The position numbers were made by a program, and so were the translations under genes. A DNA stretch of 63,939 nucleotides, counting the filler, from Octopus bimaculoides (Eukaryota), in the NCBI RefSeq assembly GCF_001194135.2. It is 4 parts of 4 records of this genome, joined end to end, with 100 filler letters (N's around TTAATTAATTAA, not from the genome) between each part and the next. Parts side by side here need not be neighbours in the genome. Positions count along the whole stretch, not along the records: positions 46,229 to 56,702 come from NC_068992.1; positions 56,803 to 63,939 come from NC_068983.1; 2 more parts are not named here. One strand, given 5' to 3'. The notes under the pieces were generated by a model. The model did no database searches. It had not been told where the DNA came from and was given only the letters and a program-made list of their open reading frames with translations. Positions 50,241-62,663 of this stretch are shown here, piece after piece (position 1 is the stretch's first letter; every line of letters starts with the position of its first letter).

Positions 50241-50566
50241 CTGTGTGTAGGTATATACATATGTATATACGCATATATCTACGTTCTTGTTTATGCGTGT
50301 GTGTGTGAATGTATCTGTTAGTGTATGTGTCTGTTAGTGTGCGTGTGGATGTATGTGTGTTTATAGGTAGGTGCGTGTATCTGTGCGTGCTTGTTCGTGT
50401 GTGTGTGCGTGTGTGTGTTTGTGTGCGTGTGTATGTGTGTGCATGTGCGCGTGTGTGAAAGTTATTTATTTTTTGTCTTTTTTCGCCACTGTAAATCAAA
50501 CCTCATTTGTTCTCTATGTACATGCTTACATTTGCACACACACAAACACACACACAAACACACACA

Positions 50567-50602
<36 letters not shown>

Positions 50603-51736
50603 TTCTACATTCCTTCATACCTTCGTACATATATGTGTGTATATAAATATANNNNNNNNNNNNNNNNNNNNNNNNNNNNNNNNNNNNNNNNNNNNNNNNN
50701 NNNNNNNNNNNNNNNNNNNNNNNNNNNNNNNNNNNNNNNNNNNNNNNNNNNNNNNNNNNNNNNNNNNNNNNNNNNNNNNNNNNNNNNNNNNNNNNNNNNN
50801 NNNNNNNNNNNNNNNNNNNNNNNNNNNNNNNNNNNNNNNNNNNNNNNNNNNNNNNNNNNNNNNNNNNNNNNNNNNNNNNNNNNNNNNNNNNNNNNNNNNN
50901 NNNNNNNNNNNNNNNNNNNNNNNNNNNNNNNNNNNNNNNNNNNNNNNNNNNNNNNNNNNNNNNNNNNNNNNNNNNNNNNNNNNNNNNNNNNNNNNNNNNN
51001 NNNNNNNNNNNNNNNNNNNNNNNNNNNNNNNNNNNNNNNNNNNNNNNNNNNNNNNNNNNNNNNNNNNNNNNNNNNNNNNNNNNNNNNNNNNNNNNNNNNN
51101 NNNNNNNNNNNNNNNNNNNNNNNNNNNNNNNNNNNNNNNNNNNNNNNNNNNNNNNNNNNNNNNNNNNNNNNNNNNNNNNNNNNNNNNNNNNNNNNNNNNN
51201 NNNNNNNNNNNNNNNNNNNNNNNNNNNNNNNNNNNNNNNNNNNNNNNNNNNNNNNNNNNNNNNNNNNNNNNNNNNNNNNNNNNNNNNNNNNNNNNNNNNN
51301 NNNNNNNNNNNNNNNNNNNNNNNNNNNNNNNNNNNNNNNNNNNNNNNNNNNNNNNNNNNNNNNNNNNNNNNNNNNNNTATATATATATATATGTAGATAT
51401 GTATGCATGTATGTATGTGTGTGTGCATGTATGTATGTATATGTATGTGTATATGTAGGTCTGTGTATACATGTGCATTTCTGTTTGTATATATATATAT
51501 ATATCCTAGTCAACGTCACGTAATACATCGAGGAGCAAGGGTGGGTTGAGGTGGCGTAGAGCGGGAGGGAGGATGAGTTATGTTACTGAGATGCCATTAA
51601 GTGGTTTTAATAGGATAATTAAGCGAATACTTCTTAACTGATTCATTAATATACTTTATTCTGTGTTTGTATGTATGTGTGTGTGTATAAGAGAGATGAA
51701 AAGTGAGACAGAGGGGGGGAAGAAGAAGAAAGAGGA

Positions 51737-51776
<40 letters not shown>

Positions 51777-52839
51777 GAGTGCGAGACTGAGTGTGTGTGT
51801 GAGTGTGTAAGTAAGTGCGTTTGTGTGTGTGAGTCTGGTGAAATTTGTCCAAGACGTGGATGATACGCGTTTAACAAAAATATTCGTTATGTTGAATTTA
51901 AACAAGCACTTACTCTATATGCACTTGTGTATATCTATGTATATGTATAATATATACATGTATGTGTGTGTGTGTGTGTATGTGTGTGTATATATATNNN
52001 NNNNNNNNNNNNNNNNNNNNNNNNNNNNNNNNNNNNNNNNNNNNNNNNNNNNNNNNNNNNNNNNNNNNNNNNNNNNNNNNNNNNNNNNNNNNNNNNNNNN
52101 NNNNNNNNNNNNNNNNNNNNNNNNNNNNNNNNNNNNNNNNNNNNNNNNNNNNNNNNNNNNNNNNNNNNNNNNNNNNNNNNNNNNNNNNNNNNNNNNNNNN
52201 NNNNNNNNNNNNNNNNNNNNNNNNNNNNNNNNNNNNNNNNNNNNNNNNNNNNNNNNNNNNNNNNNNNNNNNNNNNNNNNNNNNNNNNNNNNNNNNNNNNN
52301 NNNNNNNNNNNNNNNNNNNNNNNNNNNNNNNNNNNNNNNNNNNNNNNNNNNNNNNNNNNNNNNNNNNNNNNNNNNNNNNNNNNNNNNNNNNNNNNNNNNN
52401 NNNNNNNNNNNNNNNNNNNNNNNNNNNNNNNNNNNNNNNNNNNNNNNNNNNNNNNNNNNNNNNNNNNNNNNNNNNNNNNNNNNNNNNNNNNNNNNNNNNN
52501 NNNNNNNNNNNNNNNNNNNNNNNNNNNNNNNNNNNNNNNNNNNNNNNNNNNNNNNNNNNNNNNNNNNNNNNNNNNNNNNNNNNNNNNNNNNNNNNNNNNN
52601 NNNNNNNNNNNNNNNNNNNNNNNNNNNNNNNNNNNNNNNNNNNNNNNNNNNNNNNNNNNNNNNNNNNNNNNNNNNNNNNNNNNNNNNNNNNNNNNNNNNN
52701 NNNNNNNNNNNNNNNNNNNNNNNNNNNNNNNNNNNNNNNNNNNNNNNNNNNNNNNNNNNNNNNNNNNNNNNNNNNNNNNNNNNNNNATACATATCTATAT
52801 ATATATATCTATGTATATTTATATATAGATGTATAGACA

Positions 52840-52892
<53 letters not shown>

Positions 52893-53339
52893 ATGTGTGC
52901 ATGTATGTATCTGCAATGTTTGCAGTCGTGTATGCTTGTCAAGAGCAGGGCTCATTAGCCACCAACGGAGACGCAAATGCAAAATATAAGTTAGTCCTAG
53001 AGCGCACAATATTCCAGAAGGTCGGCAATAAACTTCCTCGGTGACGAGTGGACGGCCATCATTATGTATGTATCTATGCATATATACCAAGCTGAGCACA
53101 TAAATGTGAAACAAGGTAGTAAAAACAGTACTCGAATACCGGAGGTAGAGTAATATGCTTTATTACTATTAAAAAATCGTATGTAAATTCCGATACAAAT
53201 GGAAAGTGTGGAGTCGTAGATTCCATGTGCTATTCATTCAAAGGAGTCTTGTGGTGTGAGTGAAATTTTGAGAATGTAGTGATAGTATTAAGTAGATAGA
53301 GATGTGTATTTGTATGTGTATACACACACATACTCACAC

Positions 53340-53770
53340 ATAGCCTGGCCAAGATACCCCCGTAGAATGTGACCAAATGAGATTGATTTTTCAGCATAGT
53401 CCCCCCTTTCGGTTTACACAGTTCTTCCATCGTCGTCGCAGTAATTGCATCCCATTGGTGATGAAGCTTTCATCAATATCATCAAGTGCGAATATGACGT
53501 CATCATCACTACGATGCTGGTTCCCAACGAGTTCAAGCCCCACTCACGCGAAGCAGCCATTGAAACCATGGACTTGTGTGCTGGAGCATTGTCCCAACGA
53601 AACAAGTCTCCTTTCCTCGGTTTTGCTGGGCATTTGATCTTGGTAAGCCTTTCGTAACTGCCTCAGCAAGTTTTTCTGCAGGTACTTGATAACAGCACGA
53701 TGCAGAGCTTCCGTTTCTCAAATTCACTCACAAGGCATTGTCGGCTTGGGCCACAGTAGAAGGCATCGTT
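53340..53770 (-). mobile_element. Internally deleted (non-autonomous) mariner
   Basis: HRAVIKYLQK N-terminus fused to LLRQLRKA..., FRWDNAPAHKS, then jumps to the C-terminal SDDDVI region. Confidence 0.8.
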
Positions 53771-53987
53771 CGTATATCGATATGTACACACACACACACA
53801 CACATTTTCGAACGTGTATGTGTGTGTATATATATATATTGCAGTAAATTCGACTTGCAGCTGTTTCCGATACTCATTATAGGTTCGTTCATTGATCGGT
53901 TTACTCAATCGGTCCGTTGATCGGATGAGAAAAATTGAATGACCTTAAATAATTAGTGCTATCCACATCAGAGGTATGGTCAATATA

Positions 53988-54049
53988 CGAGGGGTGTATT
54001 CCACAATGTTTTGTTTTTTTGAGGCTTAAGACTTTTCATACACCCCTCG
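53988..54049. mobile_element. 62-bp mariner-type micro-MITE
   Basis: TA-CGAGGGGTGTAT...ATACACCCCTCG-TA: perfect 12-bp TIRs and a TA TSD. Confidence 0.85.
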
Positions 54050-54386
54050 TATGTATATTTACTCCCAAATAATTTTTGAAACCCTTCTGACTTCCATTAG
54101 ATCCTATTAAGCAAATTTGGCGTATTGAAATGCTCCAATGAGTTCTTTACCGTTTCTTTGGAGCAGCGGAATTCCCAAGACCATCATGAGATTTCTAAAG
54201 ACTTATAAATTCTCATCTTTAAGAAATTAATTGGAAAATGTGTCAGCAAACATTGAGTCTAATGTCCTCCCAATTCTTTTTCACTTTATAAATCTTTGCA
54301 CGAGTCTAACATCTGTGTTTAGTGAGTAAGGCTCAGTTGAACGCAATTGAGAGACCCCTCAAAAAATTGAGAGACCCCGCCTCACT

Positions 54387-54725
54387 AAAGAAGCGTCAAA
54401 TAGATTTGTTGGGGTGATTGGAGTATTTTGCACATCTGTAACAATGAAATACCGCTACATCTATAGTTTCAAGAACGTATTGCGGTTTTCTGTGCTTCCA
54501 CGATATGATAGTGACTCTTGCCGAAATGCTGTGTTGTCAGCCATGGTCTTCGAAGATTATACATTGCTGAAACGTCTTCGAACTGTTCTTCCATTGTAAG
54601 AAATACAACAAATCTACTTGACGCTTCTTTGCTTCTTATGCACATCAGAAGCTACGGAAGTGGTGGGATTTCATTGTCGTAGATGTAACAATGAAATACG
54701 GCCACTTTCGTAGCTTCCGATGTGT
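54387..54725. repeat. Two adjacent inverted-repeat units (MITE-like)
   Basis: aaagaagcgtcaaatagatttgttg / caacaaatctacttgacgcttcttt (54387-54630), and tgcacatcagaagctacggaagtgg / ccactttcgtagcttccgatgtgta (54639-54725). Confidence 0.8.
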
Positions 54726-55929
54726 ATAATGTGTTATATAAGCGGATGTAGTTGTCTCTCTCTGATATCCCAACCCTACATGAATGCATACTCCTGTTAA
54801 TATGCCGTATGAATGAAGTCATTGTCTTTGTTGATCAACAATCAACCCTACATGATAATTTTAAGCTTCAACTTTTCTTTACTTCTATTTTTTTTTGCGC
54901 GATCTTATTTAATTAATTTATTTATTTATTTATATATAAATAAATTAATTAATTATATATATATATATAATTTATATATTTATTAGCAGTTGTTGGGCCA
55001 TTGTCGAAATTGACGGACGAGCTATCATCATATGATGTCAAAAGCTTGCAGACCGAAACTTCGAAATCACTGTTACCTATCTGCTTGTACAAGTAAAACA
55101 TGTCGATCTCTGACATAACGTCGATGTTGTGTTAGAATACAAAATACAGTGTTATTTACCCCGAGAGAATATTTCATATGGATGAAGCACCGCGTTAAGT
55201 TGGAGATCAAGATTGATATTTTGTATTAATATTGTCTGCGACGCTATTAATTATTTTATAATAAAACATGTACTCTATTAAATAACTATTGAGTAATTCT
55301 CCAGTTTAATGTTTAAATGATTTTATCTAAAAATTGATATAATAACAGACAATGATTCCTTTTGGAACTAGATCTCGAAGCACATATGTATCTATAAATG
55401 ATAGCATGAAATGTAAGTAAGGAAATCGTTTTGGCTAGAAAAGGTCGGAAGATATTCGTGAATTTCGAACCCTCATTTCCTGTAGATGTGAAAGGGGTTT
55501 AACGTTGGACTAAAGCAAAAGTTTGGATTTCTCTTTCCATTCTAGAAACTTCATTTATCCCTGGGGGAATTGTATGTTGCTGACGTCATAAGAATTTTAT
55601 AAACTTTCGATACAATGGGAAATAATTCATTTTTGGAACTGGATCTCGAAAAACATAAAAAGCCATAAATAAAAAAACACTGCGATTTTGGATTGAAAAA
55701 AAAAATCGAAGGGTGCACATGGGAATTGAATACACGTCTCCTACAAATATGTGGACCAACCATTTAGAGGCTTCGTTCATGGTTTGTATATTGCCAGGAC
55801 TGTGTGCTTGCATGCGCATGCATGTGCATGCATGTGCATGCATATGTGTATACACACTCACACACACACATATACACACACATACATATATAGTCAAAAA
55901 CACACAGGGAAATGGAAAAAGAGAAAAAC

Positions 55930-56160
55930 AAACGAACGTGTGGACGTAGCACAAGCGATGTATTAATAAGACCTTCAGAGAAAGGAAAGAGTAGTAGCTT
56001 TACGTTGCGAGCATAGCTCTTCTTCGCAAACAGGTGAAACAGGAAAGTCCAAGACCGAACAAGAAAAAATCGCCAACAATCACGTGCGGTTACATTTTTG
56101 AAGTAACGGGAAGTAGAAGGAATGAAAAAAAGTGCTTTCTGGGACAGGAGAGCGTGAAAA
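55930..56160 (-). mobile_element. Penelope pLTR/retrozyme-like repeat with degenerate hammerhead core (56001-56027)
   Basis: Reverse strand GCGAAGA-A-GAGC-TAT-GCTC-GCAAC-GTA; flanks homologous to ~62320-62560. Confidence 0.6.
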
Positions 56161-56556
56161 CGGTCAGTGTGTGTGTGTGTGCATGGTAGCGTATGTGCGT
56201 GTATGTACGTGAGGTGTGTGTGTGTGTGTGTATGTGATGTGTGTGTGTATATATGTGGTATTAACTGCATATATATATATACATATATATATGTATGTAT
56301 GTATATATGTATAAAATGATTGTGAGGATTTGTGAGTTTCATTTGACGTTACACGTGTTGAATAACGAGTGAGACGTGACTTTCGTCTATGAAACAACAC
56401 AAGTCATCAACAACAGCAACAACAACAACTACGGCATTGAGGCATGCACACGCAAAACATTCGCGCGCGCACACAGACATACACACACACATGCACACAC
56501 AAATATGTGTGTGAGTATGTAAATGCGTATGAATCTATATATATCTATACAAACAC

Positions 56557-56601
<45 letters not shown>

Positions 56602-56638
56602 TACACACACACACACGTACACACACACACACACACAT

Positions 56639-56674
<36 letters not shown>

Positions 56675-59096
56675 TCATTTAATAAATACATATATATATA
56701 TANNNNNNNNNNNNNNNNNNNNNNNNNNNNNNNNNNNNNNNNNNNNTTAATTAATTAANNNNNNNNNNNNNNNNNNNNNNNNNNNNNNNNNNNNNNNNNN
56801 NNTATATATATATATAAAATTTTATTATTTATTCTAGCAATCCAGTCTATTACCATTATCCATCATCATCACTGCTTCCACCATTTGCATATGAATCAAT
56901 TTCTCTCTTTTCAATTCTCCATGAATGATACTGTAGCAGAGACTTCCCAGACTTCCATATGCTCAGATGTCTTTACTCACTGTATAAATCTCCATATATC
57001 AACAATATTACACATGACATGGTAATATATTTTGCTTTACTTCTCTCATCCCATATTTTATTTTCAACTGATTTTGAACTTTGGCCATGAGAAAGCAAGA
57101 CAATGATTTCTTCTGACCCAGCTCATTCTATCATCACTTTCAACTCTGGTCACTATTTCTCTCATTTTTGCCCTCAAACTCTCCCTTTTCTTTCAGTTTT
57201 CTCTCTTTCCATTTCTCTAATATTATTTATTTTCCTCTATCTTATCCTACTACTATGAATACCTCATTTGGTGAGGTATACATATACTCAATTTTATTGA
57301 TGCCAGTACTTGACTGCTATTTAGCTTAGTGACTGCAGCACTATTTGAACCTGAAAAATAATAGGTTGCTTCTAATTACTATAATGTATTGCATACATCA
57401 CTCTTATCTTTTCCCCCACTCATTAATAAGTACTTCTAACTTAGGCAAAGATGCATACATTTTTTGGAGAGAACTGTAGTTCACTAATGCTTTAGTCTTC
57501 AAATCTCAGGAGACAAAGCTGACCTCAGCAAAATTTGGACTCTAAATATGAAAATAGATAAGTAAATTCTATTTGACATTTAACCTCTTCTGCCATCTTC
57601 TTTTGTAATAAATAAAATAAAAATTAAAATAATATGGATTTCTAACAGTGATATAAGGTGCCAAATGTCTGGGAAGGGAATAATTAAATGAATTCACTCC
57701 AGCATATTTATTTACCCCTGAAGGATGATTATCAAAATTAACTCAGGTGGGATTTGATCTGAAAATGTAAAGAGATAAAATTACTTGCAAAAAATTAAAA
57801 ATTAAATTCAGAATAAAAAATTTTTAATTCTTGCAATTTATTTTGTCCAGGATTACCAATTCTGTCACCAAATGCTTTAGTAGTAACTTTTTCTTGCCTC
57901 AAAGGTCTAAATATATAATGTACAACATGTCATTACACAGGTGGTGATGTACATTATAATAAACAAGAGGGCAAAAACTTAATACAGCATGAATAAAACT
58001 GTCTGAAAATTTAATAGAGAAATAAAAGCACTCATCTACACAGGGTGAGAAGTCAGTAGATATGGGGAGCAGAATACCCCACCATACCAGTTACCTTCTT
58101 CCCCAACTACAATCTGGATCTTCCAAAGCCACCTGAGCAGCTTTGATTTTGAGCTGCCCAAGTTTTCTTTTTAGAACATGAAATCTTACTCATTGTTTGC
58201 AAAACAATGATATGTAGCATTTCATCTTGCTTTTTTTCTTGATAATGCAGTCATCAAGCAAGAAGGTGTTCTCTTTTGTGACATACAGTATCCATATTTT
58301 TTCTTGGAACTGGCTCATCATATCCAGTACCTACATATCCAATAACCCACAAAATGTGCATTGTTGCTGATGATGAATACAATATTTTTGTTGAAGTTTA
58401 TAAAATTTTTGTTGATGTTCACAATATTTTTATCATTTAAATCAGGCATGGGCAATCTGTTTTTTTTTTTTTTTGAAAAGCTGGCTGCATGAGGCACACT
58501 ACTAAAAGAATTCAAGGAATTTTTTTGTTGGAGTGTCATTAAGAAACTACTGCAGGCCATAAGCTCCCATTGGCAGCAACATGCCCATGACTGATTTAAA
58601 TTACCATTTTCACCACTATTTTTTTCATGTATCAATAAATATTTGTGCTTCAGTTTTTGTCTGTTTCCTTACTAGCTTTATTGCCAGAGATTTTAAGTCT
58701 ATTTTCATATTTGAAAACAAATTTATTGATGGTAGGAGGTGTATTTAAATTTCTTTTACCATTTAGAGTGGAACTACTGCTATGGCTAGCTCCTCTTTCC
58801 ACTACTATGGAGGTGGCTATTTTGAATCACTAAAAACAATACAAATGAGCATCTTAAGAAATTTATAGAGTTTAAAAAAAAAATATCTAAAAGTGAGCCT
58901 TTCTTCCATTTCAGTAAATAGAGTGAACCATTAACTACTATAAATATCTTTTGTTAGTAAAACAGAAACAGCAAATTCTTTTCTATTAAATAATCCAGGT
59001 AAAAATTATCTTATTCACAGAATTCTGACAACGGCATCCATTCACATAAATATGAATACCAATAATAATAATAATAATAATAATGATAATAATAAT

Positions 59097-59307
59097 GGTT
59101 TCAAATTTTACCCACAAGGGCAGCCATTTGGAGGGAGGAGATGTGTCGATTAAATCGACCCCAGTGTTCCACTGGTGCTTAATTTATTGACCCCAAAAGG
59201 ATGAAAGGCAAAGTCAACCTCAACAAAATTTGAACTCAGAACATAATTGCAGATGAAATACTGCTAAGCATTTTGCCTGGCTAACAATTCTGCCAGCTCA
59301 CTGCCTT
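59097..59307 (-). mobile_element. SINE family 1, CpG-decayed (plus a 3' half-copy at 59325-59420)
   Basis: Aligns with 346-558, but most CG have become TG or CA. Confidence 0.85.
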
Positions 59308-59442
59308 AAAATAATAATAATAAGCCTATCTACCATAGGCACAAGACTAGAAATTTTGGGAGAGGATGATAGTTGAATACATCAACCATAGTGCTTGCCT
59401 AGTACTTTTTTTATTGACCCCAATAATAATAATAATAATAAT

Positions 59443-60080
59443 AAATGCCCTGATGCAGTACCAGGCAGTGGCTCTCATGGCTTCTGATCTTAACTGATTG
59501 GAAGTGTTATCATGTACATTGTTTTGCTTTGGTATAAAAGATGGGCTACTGCACATATTCTGCTTAATACCACAGATTTGCTTGTCAGTTGTTTGACCGT
59601 AACCAATTGAGCATGTCTCTTAGTGGCTGATGATATGTGTGTCTCTGATCATGAGCAGAAGTAATGGGGGAGCATTATAGCCATGTGTTGAGAGGAATTC
59701 TTTGGGACTGGGATAATTCACCTCTGGAAACATGGGTGTTTCATTCAACATCCTTAAACAACTCTTATTCAGGGACCTTTTGAATGGGATGGGCTACTCG
59801 ACCTGAAGAAAATTCTAACTGGGCCCCACCTGCAAGGTCATGCACTGTATATCTTGNNNNNNNNNNGATGGGCTACTCGACCTGAAGAAAATTCTAACTG
59901 GGCCCCACCTGCAAGGTCATGCACTGTATATCTTGATATGAGATAACCATGTTGCACACATATGGTTGCGATGTATGTGCCTGATGTACCCTTGTCAGAC
60001 AGATAGTCATGATGTGTATATTGGGCTTCGCATATTTGTGCCCTAGTGTCACTTTCATAGCATTCACTGCTCTCTCACTC
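59443..60080. mobile_element. ~550-bp unclassified AAT-flanked repeat, copy 3
   Basis: Homologous to 2555-3104; includes an artefactual 69-bp duplication across a 10-N gap. Confidence 0.88.
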
Positions 60081-60115
60081 AATAATGATAATAATAATAA
60101 TAATGATGATGATTT

Positions 60116-60330
60116 CTGATATAGGCACAAGGCCAGCAGTTTTAAGGAGAGGGGTCAGTTGATGCTATAGTCCCTGATACTTGACCAAGATTTCATTCAT
60201 CAACACTGAAAGAATGAAAAGTAAACTTGACCTTAAAGGGATTTGAACTCAGTACATAAATTGTCAGAAGAAATACCAGAAGGTATTCATACATGCACTA
60301 TAATGATTTTTGCCAGTTCACTACCAGAAT
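60116..60330 (-). mobile_element. SINE family 1, degenerate
   Basis: taggcacaaggccagc...gatttgaactcag...gccagttcact matches family 1. Confidence 0.7.
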
Positions 60331-60382
60331 GATTCACCAATGATGATGACGATGGTGACGACGATGATGATGATGATGATGA

Positions 60383-61440
60383 TTGACAATGAACATGGAG
60401 CTGCACCCTAAAAGTGATGTTGATAGGTTGTATATATTTAGAAACAAGGGTGGAAGAAGCCTCATAGGATACAAGATCTGTGTTGCTAATGAGGAAAGCG
60501 GTCTGGGATGATACATCAAAAAACAGATCGAACTTTTGATTGTCACTGTTAGAAATAGGAACACAATACCTAATGAAAATGTGACCCAGCCAAAAGTATT
60601 TAAGAAACAAGATGAAGAACTAAGATTGAACAACTGGAAAATGAAAGCAATGCATGGGCAATACCACAGAGAAATAAAAGGGAAAAACAAGACCAACACC
60701 TGGAGGTGGCTAAGGAAAATGATCTAAAAGGATGCACTAAGGTACTGATATACAGTGCTCAGAAACAAACTCTGAAAACTAATTAAAGCAAATTCCAAAT
60801 AGATAAAAGTAGTAAATCTCCCCTTTGTACGATGTTGTGTGATGTCAAAAATGAAACAGTTTTGCATATTGTTAGTTAGCGTAGCAAACTAGCTCAAAAG
60901 AAATACAAAAGGATGCATGATAACAAAGCTAGATACGTTCATTGACATTGAGTGTTACGATGAAAGTACACTGAAATGTTACAAGTATCAACTAGGTGTT
61001 AGCAAGAATGATGATTGTGAGATCATGTGGGATTTTGCAATTTAGTGTGATTCATTGATTGATACTTAGAAGCCAGACATTGTTGTAGTTGATGAAATGA
61101 TGACAGAAACCAAGATAAGAAATATTGCCATTCCAGCAGATGTATGGGTAGAGGATAAAAAACTGGAAATGATTGGGAAGTACAAGTTACACAAGTCACT
61201 AAAAGATTACATGAATGTGGGCAATGAAGACAGTAACTCATCCCAGTAGTTGTAGGGGGACTGGGAGCAGGTTTGAGAAATTTATTGGAGAAATCAGGAT
61301 TGACATGACGGTAAAAACATGCTCAGAAAACTGATTTATTGGGGACAACAATGATTTTGAGTTTGTTACTTGGATGTTAAGTATTGTGCAAGAAGATCAT
61401 GTGACACCCTTGACAACTGGTTGTTGTCCACTCTTACAGA
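60383..61440 (+). mobile_element. 5'-truncated R4/Dong LINE (post-RT, CCHC, RLE, 3' UTR)
   Basis: LTMNMELHPKSDVDRLY, WKMKAMHGQY, NETVLHIVS, AQKKYKRMHD, KPDIVVVD, PVVVGGLG; starts directly after (GAT)n. Confidence 0.88.
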
Positions 61441-62259
61441 ATTAGGTGGAGCAAATGAAATGTACAATAATAGAAATCATTATTGTTATAATCATAGTAA
61501 TCATCATATTTATATTTTCTCTTTGCTTTTGGATATCATCATCATTATTATTATCATCATCATCATCACAATTATCATCCCAGTGATCATCTTCAGAAGC
61601 AGCAGCAGTAGCAGCATCTTTTCCTATTATTGACCCTTCACTTCCTCCACCTTCTCCTCCTCCTTTTACATTTCCTTCTTGTTTAATCTACTAATCATAT
61701 GCATTGGGTCTAGTCAGTGAGCTCAAACTTCCCAACATCCACTTGGGTCAAGGTTCAGGCTGGCACATGACAACCCAATCAGAACCACATTATGCAAGTA
61801 CAGTCCCAGCACCAATCTATTCTCTCTCTCTCTCTCTCTCACTCAGTTGAGTCCACTTCAATATTCCATCATTTCTTTATCAATCAGCCTTTAGAGCAGT
61901 ATTAAATCCTGGCCTAATATGTATCTTTATTACAATGAAGAAATATATATATTTTCCTGTCTTAACCAATAATTTCAATAATTTTTCTCCATTTCCTTTC
62001 TTTTTATTTACTTCTTTTCTTTTTATTTACTTCTTTTCTTTTTCTTTATTTGCTCTTTTCCAATACGTCTTTATCAATAAGAACAATATGTATTTTCTGG
62101 CTACAGCTCTATTGCTTAAAACTATCTAAACAACTAAAGAATTACAGAACAGTAGAATAAAAGACTTTGCTATAGGGAAATACATTTTATGACCCATTTA
62201 CAAATAAATAGAAACAAAAATTTAAAATACCAACATAGTACTTTGGGAATGATCCAACA

Positions 62260-62296
<37 letters not shown>

Positions 62297-62319
62297 TTCA
62301 AAAAAACACAAAAAACAAT

Positions 62320-62560
62320 AACAGAAAAACAACAAAGTGAGGACGTGATACGGATAGTGTTATTGGACGCTCGGGAAAGGAAAGAGAGAATATATGACGT
62401 TTCGGGCGTAGCCCTTCGTCGGAAAGATGGAAAGTTCGGAGAATGGAAAAACGGAGAAAGAGGAAAATGGTACCGATGCCCACGAGGTTACATTGTGAAA
62501 AGACCGAAAGAGGAGGTGGTGGGGGAAAAGTTCTTTCTAAGACAGGAGAGTGAAAAAGGG
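62320..62560 (-). mobile_element. Penelope pLTR/retrozyme-like repeat with hammerhead core (62396-62422)
   Basis: Reverse strand CCGACGA-A-GGGC-TAC-GCCC-GAAAC-GTC, one mismatch from the CUGANGA...GAAA core. Confidence 0.7.
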
Positions 62561-62569
62561 AGATGAATA

Positions 62570-62628
62570 TCTGTGCGTGCGCGAGAGTCTGCGAGTGTGT
62601 GTGTGATAACAGAACGTGTGTGTGCGTA

Positions 62629-62663
<35 letters not shown>

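Noticed and set aside
59788-59935. Exact 69-bp tandem duplication inside the 550-bp element
   Set aside because: The two copies flank a 10-N gap and the duplication is absent from the other copies, so it is an unmerged contig overlap.
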